From: an uncultured archaeon | GTDB lineage: Archaea; Asgardarchaeota; Lokiarchaeia; Sigyniarchaeales; SOKP01 | Assembly (NCBI GenBank): GCA_964388035.1 | Contig: CAYLZE010000005.1 | Location: 35,742 to 99,741, forward strand | Direction of reading: 5' to 3' | Length of the DNA: 64,000 nucleotides | Part shown: positions 8,853 to 18,058 of the stretch, piece after piece | Position numbering within the stretch: the first letter of the stretch is position 1 | Layout of the letters: each line of letters starts with the position of its first letter | The notes under the pieces: generated by a model | The model's input: the letters and a program-made list of their open reading frames with translations, nothing else | Told to the model about the DNA's origin: nothing | The model's database searches: none | Translations under genes and position numbers: made by a program

Positions 8853-9137
8853 GAAGAGCAGGGCAAAGAACTTCCCAAGCAGAAGGAAAAGAACTTAAAA
8901 TTCCTGACGAAAGAACAGGGCAAAGAACTTCTCAAGCAGAAGGAGAAAAACTTAAAATTCCTAACGGAAGAGCAGGGCAAAGAACTTCTCAAGCAGAAAA
9001 GGGAGATTTTAAAATTCCTAACGGAAGAGCAGGGCAAAGAACTTCTCAGGCAGAAGAGGGAGATTTTAAAATTCTTGACGGAAGAGCAGGGCAAAGAACT
9101 TCTCAAGCAGAAAAGGGAGATTTTAAAATTCTTGACG
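8853..9137 (+). repeat. 57-bp coding tandem repeat x5 plus a partial 6th (19-aa unit EEQGKELLKQKREILKFLT)
   Basis: Units gaagagcagggcaaagaacttctcaagcagaaaagggagattttaaaattc(c/t)t(a/g)acg directly visible. Confidence 0.92.
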
Positions 9138-10835
9138 GAAGAGCAAGGAAAGGAACCCATCGAGCAGAAAAAGGAAGTAAGAAAAAAAGAGTTTGATTTT
9201 CCTATGAAAGAGCAAGTAGAAAAACGAATGAAAGAGAAAAAAGCATCCATTTTACCAGCTAAAGAAAGCGAGATCAAAAGACAAAACAATTTGGATATTT
9301 TTGAAACGGAAAATAGGAAGATTATACTTAAAGAAAAAGCTCGAGAGCTAGAAAACTCAGTAGGGATTGGCAAAGACTTGAAAGAACGAGATCGGTTAAA
9401 AAGAGAGCAAAATTTAGATGAGCTTTCAAAAGGAAAGATTAATGAAAAAGATATAAAACAAAATAAAAAAGAAGTAATTAAAAACCACAAAGAAGGATAT
9501 TATTATGAAAAAGAGTCGATCCTAAAAGTAAAAGAGAATCCATCTAAGCTTAAACCTAAAGAGCAGATAGAGATTCAACATAATCAAAAAAATACACTTG
9601 AATTTAATACTAAAGAGAAAGGACAGGAAAAGCAAAAGAAGGTGATTAAAGAGCAAGAAAAAGAAGAGACCGAAAATAATGCAATTAAATTATTTGAGGA
9701 TTTACGAAAGGAACTCGGCATTTTAAAGGGAGAGCCTAAAACAATATCTGATCCCAATTTAAGTAAAAGTTTGGGACGGGCTCCCAGCTATGTAATGACG
9801 AAAAAGGCACAAATTAAAGAAAATCCTAAATTTCAACTTTCCTTAAAGGAACTATCAGGATTTCAAGAACACTTGAATTTGAAGTATGGAAAGTTAGCCA
9901 GTCGATGTTCTGAGATAATCGAAAAGTATAAAGTAGCTAATCCAGACTTAAAAGAATATGCTCATGAGCAACATGAGGTTAGTAAGCCCCATTTTTTTTC
10001 TAAAGAAAACATGTTATCTAATACACCAGAAGGGAATAATGCATGCTATTTTTACGGATTTCTCCATGCAGATGGTTATAGAAAAGGTAGGTACGTAATA
10101 GGCAGTAGGATTCATCCGCATGATAAATTAGTTTTAGAAAAAATATGTGACGCGATTGGTATTGATCGAGAGAAAATAAAAGTTAGTGAAAACGTAGCGC
10201 AGTTAGAGTTCAAGTGTAAACCAATGCACGCCGACTTAAAAGAGGTTAAGGAGTATTGCATTCCTAACTTTTTAAGACCAAATAGAAAGAAAGTGCTGCG
10301 TTGGCTTCATGGTTTCTATGATGGAGATGGTACACAAGGTCGGACAAATTTTGGATCAGCACATAAAGAAATCTTGATTGATGTTAAGAAGTATTTCGGA
10401 ATAGAAAATGAAGTTTTAAAAACTCTGGAGAAATATACTTATGTCGATAAAGCTGGAAAAACACATGTTAGAAATGAATATTGGACATTAAGCATTGGTC
10501 CAAAGATATTTAATGAAATGCTGCTTTCTAATCCTTCTGGTGGATTACCTAGAAAATATTCTTTCAAGCAGGAGAAAGATGAATCATATAAAAGGTTAAA
10601 AAGAAATGTTGTTATTTTTGAGAAAAGACTCGGAATGCCACTTCAAGAAGCCCTATATAAATATCGGGTTAGCCAATTTAGGGAAATGTTAGGATCGAGG
10701 TCTACATCATTGCATAGGTTAATTACAGAACGAAAGTTAGAACTACCCCCTAAATCATATTGGAAGGATAAACCTACAATTTGGCCAAACAATGAAGTTT
10801 ATAAAGATTTAAAGGATAAACCATTACATGAATAA
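9075..10835 (+). CDS. Free-standing double-motif LAGLIDADG endonuclease-like protein with long Lys/Glu-rich N-terminus (frame open from 8655; true start probably upstream of 9075)
   Basis: Motifs YFYGFLHADG and WLHGFYDGDG about 85 aa apart. Confidence 0.8.
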   Translation: MTEEQGKELLKQKREILKFLTEEQGKEPIEQKKEVRKKEFDFPMKEQVEKRMKEKKASILPAKESEIKRQNNLDIFETENRKIILKEKARELENSVGIGKDLKERDRLKREQNLDELSKGKINEKDIKQNKKEVIKNHKEGYYYEKESILKVKENPSKLKPKEQIEIQHNQKNTLEFNTKEKGQEKQKKVIKEQEKEETENNAIKLFEDLRKELGILKGEPKTISDPNLSKSLGRAPSYVMTKKAQIKENPKFQLSLKELSGFQEHLNLKYGKLASRCSEIIEKYKVANPDLKEYAHEQHEVSKPHFFSKENMLSNTPEGNNACYFYGFLHADGYRKGRYVIGSRIHPHDKLVLEKICDAIGIDREKIKVSENVAQLEFKCKPMHADLKEVKEYCIPNFLRPNRKKVLRWLHGFYDGDGTQGRTNFGSAHKEILIDVKKYFGIENEVLKTLEKYTYVDKAGKTHVRNEYWTLSIGPKIFNEMLLSNPSGGLPRKYSFKQEKDESYKRLKRNVVIFEKRLGMPLQEALYKYRVSQFREMLGSRSTSLHRLITERKLELPPKSYWKDKPTIWPNNEVYKDLKDKPLHE

Positions 10836-11093
10836 CTATTTTCTCATTAACCTGGGTTCCAATTAAGATTTTCTCTTTTCGAACAACCTTTTATACGATT
10901 CTTTATTCTTTCTAAGATATTGGAGGCGGATGTTCATTTAATGTTAAAATCATAAAAGGATTTCTGGCATTTGTACATGGTTTTACATTCTATCATATAT
11001 AATAAAAAAAACAAGCAGTTTATTTTTAATAGTTTTTATAGGATTAATCCATACTACTATTAGACATCAATTAATATATACTAAATATTTAAG

Positions 11094-12170
11094 ATGTGTT
11101 TACGATTAACTGACGAGAATCCCCTCATAATTGTCGGGGAGAAGACAAACAAATCCAAGTATGATTTCTTGCGGGGCTTTTATCCCAGCTGGAATAAAAT
11201 TGTGAAGACAAGGGAGCGCGTGATTATTGATACCCATGCGGGAACCGGGATGGTGGAACTCCAAAGTTCCAAAGACATTTTAGGCGTTCAAAGCAAGAGA
11301 AAGATGTATGGCTCACCATTGCTTGCGATAATAAAGACGCTTACGATTTCCAATAGATTGACAATAATACTCAATGAAGCAAATCTGGATATCTTTTCGA
11401 CATTAAAGAGTCATGTGGATACTTTTGTACAAGAGGGAGTTCCAGTTTTTCGTAAGATAGAAAGCGATTTTAAATATAGATCTCTCGAGACTAAAAGACA
11501 AAGACGTCAAAAGAAGAAAGCAAAATATACTTTTCCCGATTTTCCAGATTGCAAACCAGAGTCAGGATATGAAACCTATTATCTTTTTACAAAAGCTAAC
11601 GTCCAATGTATTAATAATAAAATTGAGAGGAGTATTGATCACATTTTATCTGAATTCTTGAAAGAAGGGGGAAAAGAATCTTCACAATTAAAACCTATTG
11701 CATTATTTTTTGTAGATCCATGTGGCGCTGTGGGCTGGAATAAAGTGATCCATAAAATATGTATGCGTTCTAATAATTCAGAAGGAACTGAACTTATATT
11801 GAATTGGTCTTGGGAGGCAATTCATAGAAATCTTACCACCCAATCAAAAGAAAAAGTGTTAAACAAAATCTATGGAATTCCACGTGAAAAAATTGCGGAA
11901 GAATTTAAAGGCATTAATACAATGGAAGATTATCTTAAGAAATATATAACCCAACTCATGCAGTATTTTAAATATGTCAAGGAGATTGGTGTACCAAAGG
12001 ATAGAAAAGTAAAGCCTAAGCCTTCAAAGCATAAGAAGTATTATTTGCTAATTTGTACAAACAACAAGAGTGCTCTTTCTCTAGCAGGATATCGTATTAA
12101 CAAAGTTAAAGAGGCGCTGAGAAGTCCATTCGTAGATATTGTTAAATTTGCCAAATCTTTGAAAAATTGA
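11094..12170 (+). CDS. Three-Cys-motif partner protein (TcmP-like, methyltransferase fold)
   Basis: KT..KY..L, IDTHAGTG, YGSPL, FVDPCG, TELILN and KYYLL motifs; adjacent to a DUF5131-type gene. Confidence 0.72.
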   Translation: MCLRLTDENPLIIVGEKTNKSKYDFLRGFYPSWNKIVKTRERVIIDTHAGTGMVELQSSKDILGVQSKRKMYGSPLLAIIKTLTISNRLTIILNEANLDIFSTLKSHVDTFVQEGVPVFRKIESDFKYRSLETKRQRRQKKKAKYTFPDFPDCKPESGYETYYLFTKANVQCINNKIERSIDHILSEFLKEGGKESSQLKPIALFFVDPCGAVGWNKVIHKICMRSNNSEGTELILNWSWEAIHRNLTTQSKEKVLNKIYGIPREKIAEEFKGINTMEDYLKKYITQLMQYFKYVKEIGVPKDRKVKPKPSKHKKYYLLICTNNKSALSLAGYRINKVKEALRSPFVDIVKFAKSLKN

Positions 12171-12197
12171 GTAATTAACTATTATGAAAAACCAAGC

Positions 12198-12965
12198 TTA
12201 TTTTCGATAAACATAATTGATTATACTATCTTTAATTCGAATATTTTCGCCTTGCTCCCGAGCTTTTTCCAAGATGGAAATTAAATTCATCTTGGTATTA
12301 ATTTCTTTAATCGCATTGTAATAAGGTCTTTCATTAGATAATATCCCTTGAGAACGAATATAATTCATCTTCCCGATCCAAATTGATTCTGTAACATAGC
12401 TTTGTAGTTTTTCAACTAATTGAAATGGATTTTTATCTAAAAATGGCTCTATAGAAATACTTGTCTTAAAACCATTATTAAACGCAATTTGAAGGGCATT
12501 GAGTCTATCTTCGAAAGACGGAGCTCCTGGTTCCCAAAATTTTAAAAGATCATTCTGGTATGAGGTTATGGTGAATCGGAATTGAATAAATTTCTTAAAA
12601 GACGTAAAAGTTTCGCATATAGTTTTAATACATTGAGGGTGTGGTTTAGAAGTAATAAGAGCTTCATTTCCTGCAGTTAGTAATTTTTTTATAACGAAGA
12701 CGCATTGATCTAAAGTTTCTTCCGTAATGTCGTGAGATGTGGGGAACATCACCCTACCTTTGCGCTTACCATACCCTTTATTGATTTGTTGTATGTTAGG
12801 TTCCATTATCTTCCAAGTGTCCTCAGTTTTTCGCTTGAACCTAAGGGCCATCTTTTTCGCATAACAATAACGGCAATTGTTTGAACATCCATAATAAATA
12901 TTAACGTTGCTATCCGCCCATTCTTTCGTGCCTAACGTGATTTTTTGGGATTTGCTTTCAGTCAT
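12198..12965 (-). CDS. DUF5131/Gp37Gp68-like radical SAM protein
   Basis: N...GCSNNCRYCYA..MA.R (CxxxCxxC) and SISIEP motifs. Confidence 0.78.
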   Translation of the reverse strand: MTESKSQKITLGTKEWADSNVNIYYGCSNNCRYCYAKKMALRFKRKTEDTWKIMEPNIQQINKGYGKRKGRVMFPTSHDITEETLDQCVFVIKKLLTAGNEALITSKPHPQCIKTICETFTSFKKFIQFRFTITSYQNDLLKFWEPGAPSFEDRLNALQIAFNNGFKTSISIEPFLDKNPFQLVEKLQSYVTESIWIGKMNYIRSQGILSNERPYYNAIKEINTKMNLISILEKAREQGENIRIKDSIINYVYRK

Positions 12966-13313
12966 TATAAATCATTTTTATTTATTCTTTCTTTATAATT
13001 ATAGCCTTAATATACTTAACATGAAAAATCGAGTACTATCTGAATATCACTTTTTTTATGAATTCTTCTTTTTCTGAGTCTATATAAATAAAAAATGGTT
13101 TGGAAGATTAATTCTTTTGCTAATTTTCATATTCTTTATAGAGTAATTTAGGATCTTTCGTACTCATTTGAAATTTAAATAAAAATATTGCACTAAAAGC
13201 TATTTGAATATTTATTATTTCGTAGATAATAAGAAGTCATTTGGTTAAGTTTAAATCCTTAAATAGCCAATTTTATAATAACAGGACAAGAATAATAGAA
13301 AGATACTCATAAA

Positions 13314-14045
13314 ATGAAGGAATTTAAAATCAACGAATATCTTTTGCTCCGGTTAGAGGAGGGAAAGACTAATATTTACGTGAAGGGAGAGCTATTTAAG
13401 CAATGTAAATTTCTCTTACTCAATATTCCCGTGGAAAAGATTAGCACATTTGATGAAATCGAATCTATAGATGAAGCTATTGAAAATTTAGATCATTCTT
13501 TTGAGAGGAAGAGAGATGATTATGATATTCCCCCTGAGACAGAATTTTGGGGGCATTGTTCTAACCTGCAGGTATGGGCAGAGAATGAATACGATACACG
13601 ACTCTTGCACCGAAATCTTGCCTTTCCTTTACTCAAAAAATTAGCGGATGCTGGGGAAATAATTGCTAAAAAGACATTCAAGGAAGAAATCGTGAATAGA
13701 CTGCTCAGCAATAATGAAACGGTAATTACCTATCTTCTTGAATTAGGATACCTTGATTCCTTTAGTACTGATGAGTGGGAAATCATTCTGGAGGACGCTC
13801 TCTCTAAAGATAAGATTGTTTTGGTAAAACACTTATTAGATTTTGCAGCTGAGAAATTAAATTTATATTATATTAATTATCTATTAAAAGAAAATACTCA
13901 GCTCTCTAATTTTATACATGCGGTATTGCAATCAAAAAATGTCAGTGAAATTTCTTATGTTTTTGCTTTACTTAAGAAATTAACAATTACCGAAGAGTGC
14001 ATGGCTAAAACGCTTCTCAAGGAAGGAATAATGAATTGTCTGTAA
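13314..14045 (+). CDS. Lokiarchaeal expanded-family protein (domain usually N-terminal to LRRs), probably truncated
   Basis: MKEFKINEYL.LRLE...FWGHCSNLQVWAEN.YDTRLLH.NLAFPLLKKL; homologous to the N-terminus of 824..2488. Confidence 0.8.
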   Translation: MKEFKINEYLLLRLEEGKTNIYVKGELFKQCKFLLLNIPVEKISTFDEIESIDEAIENLDHSFERKRDDYDIPPETEFWGHCSNLQVWAENEYDTRLLHRNLAFPLLKKLADAGEIIAKKTFKEEIVNRLLSNNETVITYLLELGYLDSFSTDEWEIILEDALSKDKIVLVKHLLDFAAEKLNLYYINYLLKENTQLSNFIHAVLQSKNVSEISYVFALLKKLTITEECMAKTLLKEGIMNCL

Positions 14046-14191
14046 GACAATGATAGTATAGTGAAAAAATATGTAATTGAAAGGGGATATTTAAAATTCT
14101 TCGGTAGAGAGGATTGGAATGGAAAGAGCGATTGGTGATTAAGGAATTATATGACTAAATTTTAGTAATTATAATTACTATAATAATTATA

Positions 14192-14488
14192 GTGATTATA
14201 ATAAAGAATAAAATCAAAATGGCAAATACTACAATACAGATTTCAGAAGAAACCAAAAACAAGCTTTTTGAAGTTATAAATAATTTAGAAAAAAAATGGG
14301 GCAGGAGAATTACTTATGATGAAGCAATCGCCTATTTAATTCAACAAAAACATGGGATTGTATCCAAAGAAGAATTTATTAACAATCTTAAACAATTCAA
14401 GGGAATTCTAAAACCTGGTGAAGGTCAATCTTTATTAAAAGAAATGCGAAGGGAAGAGCTTGAGCGAGAAGAAAGGTTCACAAAATAA
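14192..14488 (+). CDS. Antitoxin (VapB-like, ribbon-helix-helix type)
   Basis: TTIQISEETK..L.......TYDEAI pattern; overlaps the downstream PIN gene; likely start MANTT. Confidence 0.7.
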   Translation: MIIIKNKIKMANTTIQISEETKNKLFEVINNLEKKWGRRITYDEAIAYLIQQKHGIVSKEEFINNLKQFKGILKPGEGQSLLKEMRREELEREERFTK

Positions 14489-14897
14489 TTCAATTATAGC
14501 AGATACTTCCGTTTTAATTGAATATCTTGAAGATACAGAGTTAGGGAGGAAATTCTTTGACCAAGTATTATCAAATCCTCAGATAGAGAAATACTTTATT
14601 GCGCCCATTGTTGACACAGAATTAAAATATATTCTTTGTAGAAAAACTAGTTATGATGAGGCGGTTAAATCGGTTAATAAGTTTTTAAAAGATTTTATAT
14701 TGTATCCGGAGGAAAATCTACGAGATGAAGCTGCAAAATTAAAATGCAACTTCGCGATTTCACTTGCAGTTTGTTATAGTATTGCTACTGCTATAGTATT
14801 AGATGGTCCCTTATATATTAAGAGACAAAGAGAAATTGAGAAAATTTTAGATGAATTAACTGAAATTGTTGATTTAAACTTTATTAATGATTTATAA
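14460..14897 (+). CDS. PIN-domain toxin (VapC-like)
   Basis: IIADTSVLI, conserved Glu, ISLAVC (usual Asp replaced). Confidence 0.8.
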   Translation: MSEKKGSQNNSIIADTSVLIEYLEDTELGRKFFDQVLSNPQIEKYFIAPIVDTELKYILCRKTSYDEAVKSVNKFLKDFILYPEENLRDEAAKLKCNFAISLAVCYSIATAIVLDGPLYIKRQREIEKILDELTEIVDLNFINDL

Positions 14898-15212
14898 TTT
14901 AAATGAATAGATATTTTAAATCAGAGATTTTATTCTAATATTTTTAGGTTTTTGACAATTTTCCCAAATATTTAATCCTTAATTCCTCATAGAGACAAGA
15001 TACTATTATATACGCTGGATACCTCGAAGAAATGAAAGGGGTATAAAAAAATTGAAGTGAGGAGGACATTACATTAAAATTAATCTCTATAACTATTTCA
15101 TTGCTGAAGTTGATCTTTACATTGAAATAAAGTTATCATATAAAAATAGAAAGGTCAAAAAGAATTTAAAAAAATGGTTATAGATCATAAGAAAAAGAAT
15201 ATTTGAATAATA

Positions 15213-15941
15213 ATGAAGTATCGAATAGGAGTGGACAGTTGTCCTTCAGGGTGGATTTCTATTGCAAATGCATTGAGTCATGAAAAAGAGGTTCGGAATT
15301 TCAAAACTATCCAGCATTTGTGGGAGTTTTACAAGGACAAACCTCCAGAGCTCATTCTGATTGATATTCCAATAGGATTTGTTGAGCAAGGTTCCGAGCC
15401 AAGAACGTGCGACAAATTGGCGCGAAAGTATCTTACCCGTGCAAGATCCTCTTCGATCTTTCCCGTCCCTTGCAGAGCTGCGATTTATGCAGATTCATAT
15501 GAGCAAGCAAACGAAATAAATAGGCGGAAGACCGGAAAAGGTGTATCAAAGCAGTCATGGAATATAACGGCAAAAATTCGGGAAATGGATAAATTATTAC
15601 AGAATGAGCCCGAAGCGAGGGAAATTTTCATGGAAAGCATGCCCGAAGTTTGCTTTACCGCTTTAAATAACGATAATCCCATGGTTTTTTATAAGAAGAA
15701 GAAAGAAGGCATTCAAGAACGATTAAAGGTTTTAGAAATGAAAGGGAGCCTCCATAATTCTTTATTTCCTAAGATCATGAATCAATTTGAATCATCTCAC
15801 GTGCAAGAAGATGATGTAGTAGATGCTTTAGTATTAAGTTTATCAGCGTCTCGAGGAGAAACAAGTTTGCGATTTTTACCTCCAAATTATGAAAAAGATG
15901 CTACTGGGCTTCCCATGCGTATTGCGTATCCCTCATTTTAA
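15213..15941 (+). CDS. DUF429 family predicted nuclease
   Basis: IGVD...GW, IDIPIG, R.CD..AR, E..PEV.F, DD..DA motifs. Confidence 0.85.
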   Translation: MKYRIGVDSCPSGWISIANALSHEKEVRNFKTIQHLWEFYKDKPPELILIDIPIGFVEQGSEPRTCDKLARKYLTRARSSSIFPVPCRAAIYADSYEQANEINRRKTGKGVSKQSWNITAKIREMDKLLQNEPEAREIFMESMPEVCFTALNNDNPMVFYKKKKEGIQERLKVLEMKGSLHNSLFPKIMNQFESSHVQEDDVVDALVLSLSASRGETSLRFLPPNYEKDATGLPMRIAYPSF

Positions 15942-16162
15942 CATTCACTTTTGAATTCTTTAGTAGAAACTCATTCCAAAAAATCTTTTCTTGAATTGAA
16001 CATGAAACATTAATATTAAAATAGAGTAGATTGGGAAACGAACACTAAACCATTTTGATATCGCACATTTAGAAATTTGTGAAGAGAAAAAGATTAATAT
16101 AGGAGTTCTTCTAAAACATAAATTAATAAAAATTTGATTATAGGAAATAAAAAATCAAGGTA

Positions 16163-17542
16163 GTGAATTATCCCATCATGGAAACTAAAAACGATAAAAT
16201 CCATTCTTTTAAGGGGCATTTTTTCTATTCCTTAGGGGCGATACCGAGTTCTCTCCCATACAACATGATACAATCATTTTTTGTTTTTTTTTATACTATT
16301 CATGCGGGACTATCCTTGGAACTGGCGGGTTTAATATTAATATTCTATGGTATTTGGAATGCGATCAATGATCCGATATTTGGTTATTACATGGATAAGA
16401 AGAAATTTAAAAAATGGGGTCGTCGGGTTCCTTATATCGTGATTGGAACGATTCCAATGACGGGAGGGTTCATTTTTATCTGGTTCGCATCATTATTGAC
16501 AAATGAGGTTGAAATTTTCTTCTTAGGATTAATCTCACTATTCTTTTTCGACCTAGGGTTTACTTTAGCCATGACTGCTTGGTCAGCACTCTATACGGAG
16601 ATGTATGAGACAGCAAAAGAACGTGCCAGCGTGGTAGCACTAAAAGATTTTATTGCATTTCTTTCCGGGATGTTAGGCTTGCTTTTTCCTCCATTATTTG
16701 CGGCAGTGATGGGATGGCCTCTTGTAGGCGTTCTATTTGGCCTAATGATCCCCGTGACCATGCTACTTTCCTTACTTGGCACGAAAGAAAAAAAGGAATA
16801 CCAAATAGATGAGCCCTTGCCCGTTGTTAAAGCTTTCATGGAAACAGTTAAAAATAAACCCTTCATGAACATCACGTTTACCTACGCCATGATTGATTTT
16901 TTTACGGGGTTAACTCTTACCGTCCTCCCTCTCTATGCTAAATTTATTCTCCAAATGGATGAGAGTTTGGTGGGTTTTTCAGCGATAGGAATTGCATTAG
17001 CCTTATTGGTGAGCATTCCTTTTTGGAGATGGGTATATTCCAAAAAAGGTCCTAAATATGGACTATTATTAGCCTTTGGCATTTTTATTATCGGAATTTG
17101 GCCCATATCCCTTGCTCCCGATTTCATTACTTTCTTCTTGTTAACTTTAATTCCAGGAGTAGGAGCAGGTGGTCTCATCATGACCGAACCTGCAATGTCC
17201 TGTGCAATTGATTATGATGAGTTAAGGATAGGAAAGAGACGGGAAGCGACTTATAACGGCATTTTAACCCTAATTGCCCGCTTATCGATAGTATTTTCAG
17301 GAGTGGCGTTGATTTCCGTGCAACTTTTAACGGGTTTTGATTCAAGTACCCCGATTCAGACCGAACAAACGTTATTTGGTTTAAGAGTGTTAGTCTCCTT
17401 AGTACCTCTCTTGGGAGCAGTCATTGGATTTTTGATATTCAGTAGATTTCCAATCAATTATAAAGTATTCATGGAACAGCAAGCTAAATTAGAAGCTCTC
17501 CATGAAAAACGCTTGAAGGATTTAAAAAATCTTGATTCTTAA
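16163..17542 (+). CDS. MFS transporter, glycoside-pentoside-hexuronide (MelB-like) family
   Basis: WNAINDPIFG, KWGRR.PY, DYDE...G.RRE..Y.G; about 12 TM segments. Confidence 0.9.
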   Translation: MNYPIMETKNDKIHSFKGHFFYSLGAIPSSLPYNMIQSFFVFFYTIHAGLSLELAGLILIFYGIWNAINDPIFGYYMDKKKFKKWGRRVPYIVIGTIPMTGGFIFIWFASLLTNEVEIFFLGLISLFFFDLGFTLAMTAWSALYTEMYETAKERASVVALKDFIAFLSGMLGLLFPPLFAAVMGWPLVGVLFGLMIPVTMLLSLLGTKEKKEYQIDEPLPVVKAFMETVKNKPFMNITFTYAMIDFFTGLTLTVLPLYAKFILQMDESLVGFSAIGIALALLVSIPFWRWVYSKKGPKYGLLLAFGIFIIGIWPISLAPDFITFFLLTLIPGVGAGGLIMTEPAMSCAIDYDELRIGKRREATYNGILTLIARLSIVFSGVALISVQLLTGFDSSTPIQTEQTLFGLRVLVSLVPLLGAVIGFLIFSRFPINYKVFMEQQAKLEALHEKRLKDLKNLDS

Positions 17543-18058
17543 AATTAACTTTTTTTTTATTTATAAAGCATGGAAGTTGATTAAACACTAAAAATTACAT
17601 TAAAAATTTCCATTCCGAGTTAGTAGAAGCAAATTTTAGTCGAGCACTTTTTTTGATTTCCTTACTTAGTTTTGATTTTCGTAAGAGTATTTCTGACAAA
17701 ATCAGACCTATACCCGCATGAGAAATGAAAGAGGAGATTTTCTTATCCCTTCAATTGAGTATGATTTAGAAAGTTAAGAATTCGTTATTCAAAGATTTGT
17801 TGTTTATTATAATTAGGTATTTGTTATAAGGAAAGAATATTATCTTCCAATTCCTTCTATTTTACATGATGTTTATGTACCTCAACTATAACATCCATAT
17901 TATCTCTTGCAGATTATCCTTTCTTTCTACATCGCAATTTTGATTATTCTTCCAAATTTTTGTATATCAATTAGGATAATTGCCAAGATTATTTTAAATA
18001 ATGAAAAGATTTTTTTTCCTTTGGTTATTTAAGAACTAAAATTTACTAATCTTTCCTC

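Noticed and set aside
8853-9137. CRISPR array
   Set aside because: Contiguous 57-bp in-frame units with no unique spacers; a coding tandem repeat.
10581-10901. 17-bp inverted repeat (10581..10597 vs 10885..10901, one mismatch) as transposon ends
   Set aside because: One arm lies inside the LAGLIDADG CDS; no transposase or target duplication; may be chance or a paralogue remnant.
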